Shown: positions 9,775 through 18,798 of the stretch, one piece after another
How the letters are laid out: the number at the start of each line of letters is the position of its first letter
Position numbering within the stretch: position 1 is the first letter of the stretch
Assembly: GCA_020637395.1 (NCBI GenBank)
Contig: JACJWA010000001.1
Location: forward strand, 979,639 to 1,043,638
Direction of reading: 5' to 3'
From: Calditrichota bacterium
GTDB lineage: Bacteria > Electryoneota > RPQS01
DNA length: 64,000 bases
Notes under the pieces: generated by a model
The model's database searches: none
What the model was told of the DNA's origin: nothing
Seen by the model: the letters and a program-made list of their open reading frames with translations, nothing else
Made by a program: the position numbers and the translations under genes

Positions 9775-11312
9775 AACATAGCGAACGCATCGCGATACTT
9801 GATTTTGGCGGGCAGACGACTCAACTGATTGCGCGGCGCTTGCGTGAGCAGGGAGTCTATTGTGAGATTCTTCCCTTCAATGTTCCTGTTGAGGAAGTTG
9901 TCTCACCGGAAACCAAAGGAATCGTGTTCTCGGGCGGCCCCGCTAGTGTGCATGCGGAGGGGTCTCCACATCCGCACCATGAAATCTATGAGGCGGGACT
10001 GCCGATTCTGGGAATCTGCTACGGCATGCAGCTCTTGGGTGAGCACTACGGAAGCCCAGTGGTGAAGGGCCGGGCTGGAGAATTCGGCCCTGCGACCGTT
10101 TCATTTCAGGCGAAATCCAAACTGTTGAATGATATCAAGCTTCCCCTGCAAGTTTGGATGAGTCATGGGGATCACGTCGAAGATGTCTGCGAGCCGCTGG
10201 AACTGATCGCAAGAAGCGAGAGCAATGTAGTTGCGGCGGTTTGCCTGCAGGACCAGAGCGCGTTTGGAGTGCAGTTTCACCCAGAAGTGACTCACACTCC
10301 GCAAGGTGGACTGCTCCTGCGTAACTTTGCATATGATGTATGCGGCTGCAAGGGTGGCTGGAGTATGGAGACGTTTGTCGAAGACTCCGTCGCTGAGATT
10401 CGAGCCGAGGTCGGTGACCGTAAGGTCCTTTGTGCGCTTTCGGGTGGTTTGGATTCCGCGGTGACGGCGATGTTGCTCAATCGTGCCGTTCCAGGACAGG
10501 TCTTGTGCTTTTACGTTGACACTGGACTCGGGAGGCTTGGAGAACGCGAGCAGATCGAAACCACATTTCGCGAGCACGGACACATTGAGCTCGAAGTGAT
10601 TGACGCGTCCGATCGCTTCTTTGCGGCGCTTTCAGGCATCACGGATCCTGAAAAGAAGCGCAAGACCATTGGCAGACTTTTCATTGAAGTGTTTCAGGAA
10701 GAAGCCGCACGGCACCCTGAAGTTGACTTCCTTGCGCAAGGGACGCTTTACCCTGACGTAATAGAGAGCGTGTCGGTCAAAGGTCCATCGGCAACCATTA
10801 AGTCACACCACAACGTCGGTGGTTTGCCGGACACGCTTCGACTGAAACTCGTTGAGCCGTTGCGCGAGCTGTTCAAAGATGAAGCTCGATCGCTTGGTGA
10901 ACTGCTCTCCCTCCCGAGAAGCATCACGCATCGCCATCCTTTCCCCGGCCCTGGATTGGCCGTGCGAGTGCTCGGTGAGGTCACGCGTGAGCGATGTGAT
11001 ATCCTTCGTGAAGCGGACTCCATTTTCATGTATGAGTTGCGCTCCGCAGACTGGTACGAGAAGACCAGACAGGCTTTTGCGGTGCTTCTTCCCGTCAAGA
11101 GTGTTGGAGTCATGGGAGACGAGAGAACCTACGAGAACGTCTGCGTCCTGCGAGCCGTGAACACGGACGATTTCATGACCGCGGACTTTACAAGACTGCC
11201 GTACGAACTGCTTGGACGCGTGTCGTCCAGAATCATCAACGAAGTGCGCGGAATCAACCGCGTAGCCTATGACGTCAGCACCAAACCTCCGGCAACCGTG
11301 GAGTGGGAATAG
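9771..11312 (+). CDS. guaA: GMP synthase (glutamine-hydrolysing)
   Basis: The GATase domain has GICYGMQ and QFHPE. The ATP-PPase domain has the PP-loop ALSGGLDS. The C-terminus is ...VAYDVSTKPPATVEWE. Confidence 0.97.
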   Translation: MKHSERIAILDFGGQTTQLIARRLREQGVYCEILPFNVPVEEVVSPETKGIVFSGGPASVHAEGSPHPHHEIYEAGLPILGICYGMQLLGEHYGSPVVKGRAGEFGPATVSFQAKSKLLNDIKLPLQVWMSHGDHVEDVCEPLELIARSESNVVAAVCLQDQSAFGVQFHPEVTHTPQGGLLLRNFAYDVCGCKGGWSMETFVEDSVAEIRAEVGDRKVLCALSGGLDSAVTAMLLNRAVPGQVLCFYVDTGLGRLGEREQIETTFREHGHIELEVIDASDRFFAALSGITDPEKKRKTIGRLFIEVFQEEAARHPEVDFLAQGTLYPDVIESVSVKGPSATIKSHHNVGGLPDTLRLKLVEPLRELFKDEARSLGELLSLPRSITHRHPFPGPGLAVRVLGEVTRERCDILREADSIFMYELRSADWYEKTRQAFAVLLPVKSVGVMGDERTYENVCVLRAVNTDDFMTADFTRLPYELLGRVSSRIINEVRGINRVAYDVSTKPPATVEWE

Positions 11313-11369
11313 AGTATTTCTTTCGAGTGTTTCTAACTGTCAGACTCTTACACCGAGGGAAGCAAGATT

Positions 11370-13193
11370 ATGTGTGGTATCATCGGATATAGCGGACAAC
11401 GAGACGTCGCACCGTTGCTCATCGCCGGACTCAAGCGCATGGAGTACCGCGGCTATGACTCCGCGGGCATCGCGGTCAACAACAAAGATCTGCGAGTGGT
11501 GAAAGACGCGGGCAAAGTGTCTAACCTCGAGCAGCTTGTACGTGGGGCTTCCGTCAAGGGAAACTGCGGCATTGGCCACACGCGGTGGGCAACGCACGGG
11601 GCACCCAATCAAACGAATGCTCACCCGCACACCGACGAGGAGCAGACCATAGCGCTGGCGCACAACGGTATCATTGAGAATTACTCGTCCCTAAGACACG
11701 AGCTTGGCCGCACGGGTCATCGCTTTGTCACAGACACGGACACCGAGGTGATTGCGCACCTGATTGAAGAATTCTACGAAGGTGACTTGCCGCGTGCCGT
11801 GCTAAAGGCACTGCGTGTGGTGCGGGGAACATATGGACTGGCAATCGTAAGCAAACATCATCCAGGCATGGTTGTGGCGGCGCGACTCGGTTCGCCCATG
11901 GTAATTGGTCACGGACACGGAGAGAATTTTCTCGCTTCGGATCCTGCGGCATTCCTAAGCATGACGCGCGACGTGACCTACCTTGAAGACGGCGAAATCG
12001 CCGTACTGACTCCAGAAAGAGTGGAGTATCGCACGCTTTCCGATGAGCCGATTGATAAAAAGCTTGAGCAGATTACATATGACATCGCTGCGATTGAAAA
12101 AGGCGGATTTGCTCACTTCATGTTGAAAGAGATTTGTGAGCAGCCGCAGACCGTCGCGGACTCGATGCGCGGGCGTCTCTTGCCAGAAGAAGGTGCGGTG
12201 AAGTTTGGCGGCATGGCCACTGCACGAGAAATCTTGAGCGATGCCAAACGCGTCGTCTTTCTCGGATGCGGAACAAGCTGGCATGCGGGATTGGTTGGTG
12301 AGTACTTGTTCGAGGAGCTTGCCGGTATTCCCTGCGAAGTCGAGTACTCGTCAGAGTTCCGATACCGTTCACCGATCCTCGAACCGGGAACTGCGGTGTT
12401 TGCGATTTCGCAGTCCGGCGAGACGGCGGATACGCTTGCTGCTGTGCGTGAAGCGCGGCGCCACGGTGCACCGGTGTTCGGAGTTTGCAATGTCGTGGGG
12501 TCCACGATCGCGCGGGAAACAGATGCAGGTGTTTACATTCATGCCGGACCGGAGATCGGCGTAGCGTCAACGAAAGCGTTCACCTCGCAGATCACGGTCC
12601 TATTCATGCTTGCCCTGCAAATGGGGCGGAGCAGGCGCGTCGGCGCCGGCAGAGGCCGCGAGCTTGTTCAACACTTGAAGGACATTCCGCAGAAGATTTC
12701 ACGGATTCTAGCAACACGTGAACGTGTGGAGACGATTGCGCATCACTATCGCGACAGCCGAAATTTCCTTTATTTGGGGCGAGGTTTGAACTTTCCGGTT
12801 GCTCTCGAAGGCGCACTTAAGCTGAAAGAGATTTCCTACGTTCACGCCGAAGGATATCCCGCCGCCGAGATGAAGCACGGACCGATCGCTTTGATTGACC
12901 GCGACATGCCCGTCGTGTTCATCGCCACGCGCGACGGGACGTATGAAAAAGTGGTTTCAAACATCGAGGAAGTGCGCGCACGCGGCGGACGCGTTCTGGC
13001 GATTGCGACGGAAGGCGATACCGAGATTCAGTCGCGCGTGGATGAAGTTGTGTACGTTCCCGAGACTGATCCGTTGCTTACCCCGCTGCTGACCGTTGTG
13101 CCGCTGCAGCTTCTCGCGTATTACATGGCCGTTCACCGCGGCTGCGATGTGGACCAGCCCAGAAATCTCGCCAAGAGCGTGACGGTCGAGTAG
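11370..13193 (+). CDS. glmS: Glutamine--fructose-6-phosphate aminotransferase
   Basis: MCGIIGY N-terminal nucleophile, two SIS domains (GCGTSWHAG; SQSGETADT), and C-terminal NLAKSVTVE. Confidence 0.97.
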   Translation: MCGIIGYSGQRDVAPLLIAGLKRMEYRGYDSAGIAVNNKDLRVVKDAGKVSNLEQLVRGASVKGNCGIGHTRWATHGAPNQTNAHPHTDEEQTIALAHNGIIENYSSLRHELGRTGHRFVTDTDTEVIAHLIEEFYEGDLPRAVLKALRVVRGTYGLAIVSKHHPGMVVAARLGSPMVIGHGHGENFLASDPAAFLSMTRDVTYLEDGEIAVLTPERVEYRTLSDEPIDKKLEQITYDIAAIEKGGFAHFMLKEICEQPQTVADSMRGRLLPEEGAVKFGGMATAREILSDAKRVVFLGCGTSWHAGLVGEYLFEELAGIPCEVEYSSEFRYRSPILEPGTAVFAISQSGETADTLAAVREARRHGAPVFGVCNVVGSTIARETDAGVYIHAGPEIGVASTKAFTSQITVLFMLALQMGRSRRVGAGRGRELVQHLKDIPQKISRILATRERVETIAHHYRDSRNFLYLGRGLNFPVALEGALKLKEISYVHAEGYPAAEMKHGPIALIDRDMPVVFIATRDGTYEKVVSNIEEVRARGGRVLAIATEGDTEIQSRVDEVVYVPETDPLLTPLLTVVPLQLLAYYMAVHRGCDVDQPRNLAKSVTVE

Positions 13194-14813
13194 ATGGTGA
13201 GAGTTCTTGCACTTTTCCTTATAGTCACTGCCGCACTGGCCGGGACGTCACCGCAGATGCGTTCAGCTCTGACGCGGTACGAGGCAGGTGACTTTGAAGC
13301 GGCGCGCAAAGAGGGCGAAGACATTGTGCTGCAGGGGAGAGGTGAAGAGCTGGAAGCGGCACTCTACTTGCTTGTGCGCACGGATATTGCCCTGAAGAAC
13401 TACGACGCCGCACAGCGCGGCTGCGAAAGACTTCTGCGCGCGTTTCCCGGGGGCGACTATCACTCTTTTGCACGGTTCTCGCGCGCTGAAGCGTCCTTCA
13501 TGTTGGATGAAGTGGCGGAGAGCAAGCGTGACTTGGAGTGGTGTGCGGACAGTTCGCGCAACGAACGCCTTTCCTCCCGCGCACGGGAGATTCTTGAGAA
13601 TCGTACCGAGTTTGACCATCGGGAGTACCTGTTTCCGGCCGATCGAGTCACGCGACGCAGTGAGTATGCCGGAAGCGAGCTGCGCCCCAAAGTGATTCTT
13701 CTCTTGGCATTTCCCGACGTCAATGATCCGGCTCCCCGCCAACTCAGAGAAGCATTCTTGTTCGGATCGGACAAACTTGATCTGTACTCAGTACAGTGTT
13801 GGACGGTGAATACCGCATTAGGTGCGTTGCAAGCCCTAGATTCCGCGGCGCGCGGCGGAGTGGATTTCATCGTCTTTGCCGGAGATGAAGGGTCTGCGAC
13901 AACGCTCGCATTGGCTAATGACTCTCATCAGATTCCAATTCTGAAGCTGACGAGCACCCCGCGCTCTTTGTCCTTGATGTGTGAAGGAATGATTGAGTTT
14001 CTTCCCAGCCAAGAGACCATTGCTGCAAATGCCGCGAAGTATGTCGCAGAGGCGATGCACGTCAAGCATGGGATTTTGCTAACGCCTGAATCCGACTTGG
14101 GCAGAGCGCATCTTGAGGGATTTCTGCGCTCCGAAGACTATGGTTTGGTGTTCGATGCAAAGGCCACGTACCCCTATGGGAGCGGCAATGTTCGGCAGGA
14201 GCTCTACGACCTTGTGGCTGCCCCCGCGCGGCTTGATCGCGGCGGCGAAATGGTGGATGCGCTGCTCAGCAGAGCGGAGCGCGAGCGCCTGTTTGGTGAT
14301 CAGAACGGCGGAGAGGTCAGTGTTCAGGCTGCAACGAATTCAGGTTCCCGAGGCGGGGAGTCCCCCGAAGCCTTCTTCTTCTCGCTCTCCGGCGACCAGA
14401 TTAACAACTATTGTTCGCAGCTTGGCAATCTTCCCGCCGACATGTTTTTCGTCGGAAACAGCGCATGGCTTGACGAGCGCGCGCTGAACGCGCAGGCGCA
14501 TATTACACGCCGCATGATTATCGGAGCACCCCTTTTGCCCGAACCTGATCGCATCACGGAACTGGTCAATGACTACGTGGCTCGCACTTCAGTGGACGCG
14601 ACGGCATGGGAGACTCTTGGACTTGACGCAGCCGAGTTCGTGAGCGCTCTGTTTATGAAACAGAAAGCATCCGGCGGTGACTTTGTTCAGGCTGCTCGCG
14701 AGATTGGTGAGTTTCGCGGCGCTTCCGTGATTGTGGAAATCGGCGCGGATGGTGAGAACAAACGTGCCCGTATCCTCGAGTTTGACGGCAGCAAGACCCG
14801 GGTGGTTCGTTAG
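13194..14813 (+). CDS. Secreted protein with an N-terminal TPR-like region and a type-I periplasmic-binding-fold (LivK/LppC-like) domain
   Basis: Signal peptide MVRVLALFLIVTAALAG, then helical repeats. A Peripla_BP-like pattern follows (KVILLLAFPDVND...FIVFAGDEGS...IPILKLTS...KHGILLTPESDLG). Function is not established. Confidence 0.45.
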   Translation: MVRVLALFLIVTAALAGTSPQMRSALTRYEAGDFEAARKEGEDIVLQGRGEELEAALYLLVRTDIALKNYDAAQRGCERLLRAFPGGDYHSFARFSRAEASFMLDEVAESKRDLEWCADSSRNERLSSRAREILENRTEFDHREYLFPADRVTRRSEYAGSELRPKVILLLAFPDVNDPAPRQLREAFLFGSDKLDLYSVQCWTVNTALGALQALDSAARGGVDFIVFAGDEGSATTLALANDSHQIPILKLTSTPRSLSLMCEGMIEFLPSQETIAANAAKYVAEAMHVKHGILLTPESDLGRAHLEGFLRSEDYGLVFDAKATYPYGSGNVRQELYDLVAAPARLDRGGEMVDALLSRAERERLFGDQNGGEVSVQAATNSGSRGGESPEAFFFSLSGDQINNYCSQLGNLPADMFFVGNSAWLDERALNAQAHITRRMIIGAPLLPEPDRITELVNDYVARTSVDATAWETLGLDAAEFVSALFMKQKASGGDFVQAAREIGEFRGASVIVEIGADGENKRARILEFDGSKTRVVR

Positions 14814-15610
14814 TGCAACTCTGGGAAGCGATCTTGCTGGGACTCGCGCAGGGGCTCACGGAGTTCCTGCCTGTCTCAAGCTCCGGACATCTTGTTGTGC
14901 TTCAGCACGTGCTTGGATTTCGCGAGCCTTTGTTGACGTTTGACATCATGGTGCATTTGGGAACGCTTCTGGCGGTCCTGATCTACTATCGTTCCAAGCT
15001 TCTGAATCTCTCGCTTGGGTTGTTGGGACCAAAGCGCACCGCTGCGATGCGCACCATATTATTGGTCGCGATAGCAACCGTTCCTGCGGTTGTGTTTGGA
15101 CTGCTTCTCAAGGACAAGATCGAGCACGCCTTCGGAAATCCGCTGTTTGTGGCGCTGATGTGGATGGCCTTTGGCATCGTGGCGATTGCCAGCGCGCGCT
15201 GGACGATGGGACGACGCGATTTTGAGAGTCTGAAGTTTGGCGAAGCGGTGTTGATCGGTTGCGCGCAGGCTGTGGCGATTCTTCCCGGCGTATCACGCTC
15301 TGGCTCAACGATCATCGCCGGTATGACGCGAAAACTGCGACCTGCAGCCGCGGCAGACTTCTCATTTCTGCTTGCGATTCCCGCGATTGGAGGTGCGGGG
15401 ATATTGCAGTTGAAAGACGCCGATATGTCTGGCATCGCGAGTGACCCCGCAATCATGGCCGGAGCCGCTGTCTCATTCCTTGTCGGATACGCCGCCATCG
15501 CGTTGCTTTTAAGACTTCTTGGCAGAGGAATCATCCGGCCGTTCGGAATCTACTGCGTAAGCGTTTCTGCCATTACATTGATCATGTTGCTGCTGAATGG
15601 AAACAGTTAA
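14813..15610 (+). CDS. uppP: Undecaprenyl-diphosphate phosphatase
   Basis: GLTEFLPVSSSGHL motif, PGVSRSGSTI motif, and about 8 TM helices. Confidence 0.9.
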   Translation: MQLWEAILLGLAQGLTEFLPVSSSGHLVVLQHVLGFREPLLTFDIMVHLGTLLAVLIYYRSKLLNLSLGLLGPKRTAAMRTILLVAIATVPAVVFGLLLKDKIEHAFGNPLFVALMWMAFGIVAIASARWTMGRRDFESLKFGEAVLIGCAQAVAILPGVSRSGSTIIAGMTRKLRPAAAADFSFLLAIPAIGGAGILQLKDADMSGIASDPAIMAGAAVSFLVGYAAIALLLRLLGRGIIRPFGIYCVSVSAITLIMLLLNGNS

Positions 15611-15619
15611 GGAATAGAA

Positions 15620-16384
15620 TTGCGAACGAAGCAGAACTCACATCCGATAATAGGTATCTCACCGGGGTTCGCAGGACCTGATCCCGATCGGAAGTTCGCG
15701 TCCGCCGGGCGAGTGAACTTCTGCGACTTGAACTATATTGAAGGAATTGCCAATGCCGGCGGACTTCCTTTCCTGCTTGGACACACCAGTGATCGCGATC
15801 AGATGGAACGCTACGCTGACCACATTGACGGATTGGTGCTGATCGGAGGCGTTGATGTGCAGCCTGAGCGATACGGGCAGATTGCCGAAGCAACTGAGCA
15901 AACGCCTGTGCCTGAGCGGGATGAGTTTGAGTTCGAGTTCTTGAACGTGTTCTGGGAGCGAGAGAAACCGATTCTTGCGATTTGCCGCGGGTTTCAGGTT
16001 CTGAACATCTTCTTTGGCGGCACATTGGTGCAGGACATCCCCTCCCATTTGGGTCCTGTTCATCATTTGCAATCTCCCGGTTCTACAACAATTGCCCATT
16101 CAGTTAGATTGGAAGAAGGGTCGCTGCTGCATTCAGTCTTTGGCGAGACGCAGATAGATGTGAACAGCTTTCATCATCAGACCATTGAAAAGCTTGGCCG
16201 GGGATTGAAAGCAGTGGGTTGGTCGGATGAGGGACTGATCGAAGTAATTGAGCATGAAGCGAACTCGTGTTTGCTTGCAGTGCAATGGCACCCAGAGAGA
16301 ATGCGCGATTCCGAACAGCAGCTTCAACTTTTCAAGTATTTTGTGGACTGTTGTGCCCGTGAGCGGCTCGAAGTGGTTGGCTGA
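15620..16384 (+). CDS. Class I glutamine amidotransferase, gamma-glutamyl hydrolase (peptidase C26/PuuD-like)
   Basis: ILAICRGFQVLN (nucleophile Cys) and AVQWHPE (His/Glu). TTG start. Confidence 0.8.
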   Translation: MRTKQNSHPIIGISPGFAGPDPDRKFASAGRVNFCDLNYIEGIANAGGLPFLLGHTSDRDQMERYADHIDGLVLIGGVDVQPERYGQIAEATEQTPVPERDEFEFEFLNVFWEREKPILAICRGFQVLNIFFGGTLVQDIPSHLGPVHHLQSPGSTTIAHSVRLEEGSLLHSVFGETQIDVNSFHHQTIEKLGRGLKAVGWSDEGLIEVIEHEANSCLLAVQWHPERMRDSEQQLQLFKYFVDCCARERLEVVG

Positions 16385-17441
16385 AGCAGTTCCCGCTTAC
16401 AGGAAGCTGGTGAAGGCCGTGTCGGAAGGCGACGGGTTTCCCGTGCTCATGTTGGGAGGAACCGAAGAGCTGCTGATAGACGCCGCGCGTAAACTGGTCC
16501 TGAACTACCTGCTCAGCGACGCGAACGCGGATTTTGACTATTTCGAGTGTGAAGGTGACGCGGTGGATGCCGCAACGCTGCATGAACAATTGTCCGCACT
16601 GCCGATGTTTGGCACTCGTCGGGTCATTCTGATCAACGACCCTGACGGAATGAAAAAGCAAGATGTCAAAGAGGTGCTCAAGAACTACGTTGCCCGACCC
16701 TCGCCGACCACGAGTTTGGTCATGCTCCAGCCGATGGATAGAAAGCCCAATCGGTTCGAGATTCAGAGGCTGCAGGCCGCTCCCAATAGCTGTTGGTTCT
16801 TTGAGTTAAAAGCGGATGAATTGGCAAAGTTCGTCCGCAATTTTGTTCTGGAAGCTGGCAAAGAGATTGAAAGCGGGGCGGTGGACTATTTGATTGAGCA
16901 CTCTTCCGCTCAGCTGCGCGACCTTCAAGCAAAACTTGAACATCTCATCTTGTTTGCCGGGGAGACAAAAGAGGTCACGGCAGAGATGGCGATGCGAGCC
17001 ACCGGGGTGACGGCGGAAGTGGATCTGCTCGATTTTGAGGACGCCATTCTGGATGGGAATGCCTCTCGAGTCTTAAGAGAGGCTCGTGAATTATTGGACA
17101 AAGGAATGGAGCCGCTCGCCATGCTGGGTCGGCTGCGATTGTTGACTCATAAAGTCTGGTTATGCGGTGCTTTAGCTGATCGAAGAGCGAAGGAAGACGA
17201 TTACAAGGATGTTCTCGGATTCCAAGCATTTAAAAAGAATAGTTTTATATCGTCTGCGAAGCGTTGGGGCGGGTCGAGACAGCAAGACCTCATGTTGAAT
17301 CTGCTTCAAATTGAGATGCACGCAAAGTCAAAGTCATCCGATGTGCGATCCATGATTTTTCAGTGGCTGTGGAATGCCAGTTCCCGCAAGTATTCGGGAA
17401 CGCCTGGAACCAAGACTAATGAGTGGGAGTTTGTCAAGTAA
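16359..17441 (+). CDS. holA: DNA polymerase III subunit delta
   Basis: PVLMLGGTEELLID...LPMFGTRRVILINDP and the delta-subunit length and architecture. The start is uncertain (GTG 16359 or TTG 16377). The track start at 16248 lies deep inside the upstream gene. Confidence 0.7.
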   Translation: MSGSKWLAEAVPAYRKLVKAVSEGDGFPVLMLGGTEELLIDAARKLVLNYLLSDANADFDYFECEGDAVDAATLHEQLSALPMFGTRRVILINDPDGMKKQDVKEVLKNYVARPSPTTSLVMLQPMDRKPNRFEIQRLQAAPNSCWFFELKADELAKFVRNFVLEAGKEIESGAVDYLIEHSSAQLRDLQAKLEHLILFAGETKEVTAEMAMRATGVTAEVDLLDFEDAILDGNASRVLREARELLDKGMEPLAMLGRLRLLTHKVWLCGALADRRAKEDDYKDVLGFQAFKKNSFISSAKRWGGSRQQDLMLNLLQIEMHAKSKSSDVRSMIFQWLWNASSRKYSGTPGTKTNEWEFVK

Positions 17442-17444
17442 GCG

Positions 17445-18044
17445 ATGGATAAGAAGCCGTTCGCAGCACATACCGATGAAGAGCTGATCGCCGAGTTTCA
17501 ACAAGAGAACTTGGCCGCCTTCGATGAGATCGTCCGTCGCTATCGGGATCCGCTTTATAATTTTGTGGTCCGGCTGCTGGGGGATACGCTCTTCAGCGAG
17601 GACGTGGTTCAGGAGACCTTTGTGAGAGTCTACCGGAACAAGCACCGCTATCATCAAGTGGCAAAGTTCTCAACGTGGATTTATACGATTGCGTCGAACC
17701 TGGCCAAGACCGAGTTGCGGCGGCGAAAAGTGCGGAATTTCTTTTCCATTAGTTCCAAGGGCAATGATGAGCGTGACTACGACATCGTTGATCAGCATAC
17801 GGACGTAGAGAGGGAAGTGGACGGCAGGGTGCGCACGGAGTTGATTCTGCGCGCAATAGAAAAACTGCCCTACCACTTCAGGGAAGCCGTCTTGCTCAGA
17901 GACGTGCAGGACCTATCGTACGAAGAGATATCAGAAGTACTTAAGGTGCCGCTGGGCACTGTCAAATCCCGGGTCAATCGAGGGAGAACCCGTTTGCAAG
18001 AAGCCTTAAAGTTTTTGGAGAATGAGGAGTCAGATCGTGGGTAG
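17445..18044 (+). CDS. ECF-type RNA polymerase sigma factor (sigma-70 family, regions 2 and 4)
   Basis: Region 2 is FDEIVRRYRDPLYNFVVRLLGD...DVVQETFVRVY. Region 4 is REAVLLRDVQDLSYEEISEVLKVPLGTVKSRVNRGR. Confidence 0.9.
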   Translation: MDKKPFAAHTDEELIAEFQQENLAAFDEIVRRYRDPLYNFVVRLLGDTLFSEDVVQETFVRVYRNKHRYHQVAKFSTWIYTIASNLAKTELRRRKVRNFFSISSKGNDERDYDIVDQHTDVEREVDGRVRTELILRAIEKLPYHFREAVLLRDVQDLSYEEISEVLKVPLGTVKSRVNRGRTRLQEALKFLENEESDRG

Positions 18045-18537
18045 TTCGGAGAATAACACGACCAGCGATTGGATGAGCGCTGAACCGGATATGACAAAGG
18101 CGCATGCGCGAGTCCGGTCAGCCCTGCAAACTCTACCTAAAGAAACTACTCCGGTGGGATTTGACTTCCGCTTGGAGCGCAGATTGGCTGGAAAGCCGGT
18201 CGGCGAGTCCCGCAAGTCTTGGAGCCTTGGATGGCTGGGTGCGGGTGTCGGCTTTGCAACTGCAATGGTTCTGGCGATGTTCGTCTTCGATTTCGGTGGA
18301 AATGCCGCGATCAGCCCGGCGGGGATGATTCCGACGGCCACGAAGGCGGGACCGGTGCTTGAAAGATCCACGCCTGTGACAACTTCAACCGAACAGCCCG
18401 CGGATGTGGCCGCGGAACGTACCACGGCGGATGAAAAAAATACCGCGGAAAAGGCAGATTCATTGAAGGACAAGACCAAGCCTGGAGCATTGCCTGAAGG
18501 AGCCTATCAGGTGGTCAATCAGAGCGGCGGACGATAG
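18022..18537 (+). CDS. Putative membrane anti-sigma factor (non-ZAS)
   Basis: It lies immediately downstream of, and overlaps, the ECF sigma gene. It has a single TM helix (GWLGAGVGFATAMVLAMFVF) and a low-complexity A/T/P-rich exterior. There is no HxxxCxxC motif. GTG 18037, preceded by GAGGAG, is an alternative start. Confidence 0.4.
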   Translation: MRSQIVGSSENNTTSDWMSAEPDMTKAHARVRSALQTLPKETTPVGFDFRLERRLAGKPVGESRKSWSLGWLGAGVGFATAMVLAMFVFDFGGNAAISPAGMIPTATKAGPVLERSTPVTTSTEQPADVAAERTTADEKNTAEKADSLKDKTKPGALPEGAYQVVNQSGGR

Positions 18538-18557
18538 CAGGAGACGAGTCTCCTTAA

Positions 18558-18603
18558 CATGACGATCAAGCGGCGATTCGAAGGAATCGCCGCTTTCGTA
18601 TTG
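18558..18603 (+). repeat. 46-nt direct repeat, copy 1 (contains the terminator hairpin)
   Basis: catgacgatcaagcggcgattcgaaggaaTcgccgctttcgtattg. It is identical to 20725-20770 except at position 18587 (T versus A). Confidence 0.9.
18568..18602 (+). terminator. Rho-independent terminator closing the 18-gene + strand array
   Basis: A perfect 12-bp stem AAGCGGCGATTC/GAATCGCCGCTT with a GAAG loop, followed by TCGTATT (a weak T tract). Confidence 0.6.
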
Positions 18604-18798
18604 GGAGGCAAGTGCTGCGTTCAGGCCGCGTCGAAAACGATGCAGTAATCTTACGACTATGTAACACAATGAGTTGTGAGCTTGGACAGAAAGATTAGTT
18701 GCAGATTGAATGTGATAAGTGGCTTGCGCAAGATGAGAGCAGAGGGTAGATTCTTTGATGAATCTATGCCGCAAATCTCTAATATAGGATTGCTCAAT

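Noticed and set aside
11313-11369. A possible glmS ribozyme/riboswitch upstream of glmS.
   Set aside because: The intergenic region is only 57 nt, whereas the glmS ribozyme core needs roughly 150 nt or more. No conserved ribozyme elements are visible.
18559-18648. Small peptide ORFs starting at the ATG inside each 46-nt repeat: MTIKRRFEGIAAFVL... (29 aa) and 20726-20791 MTIKRRFEGNAAFVL... (21 aa).
   Set aside because: There is no Shine-Dalgarno at a usable distance, and the sequences diverge completely as soon as the repeat ends. The single difference between copies is non-synonymous. The repeat is explained more simply as an RNA hairpin/terminator.
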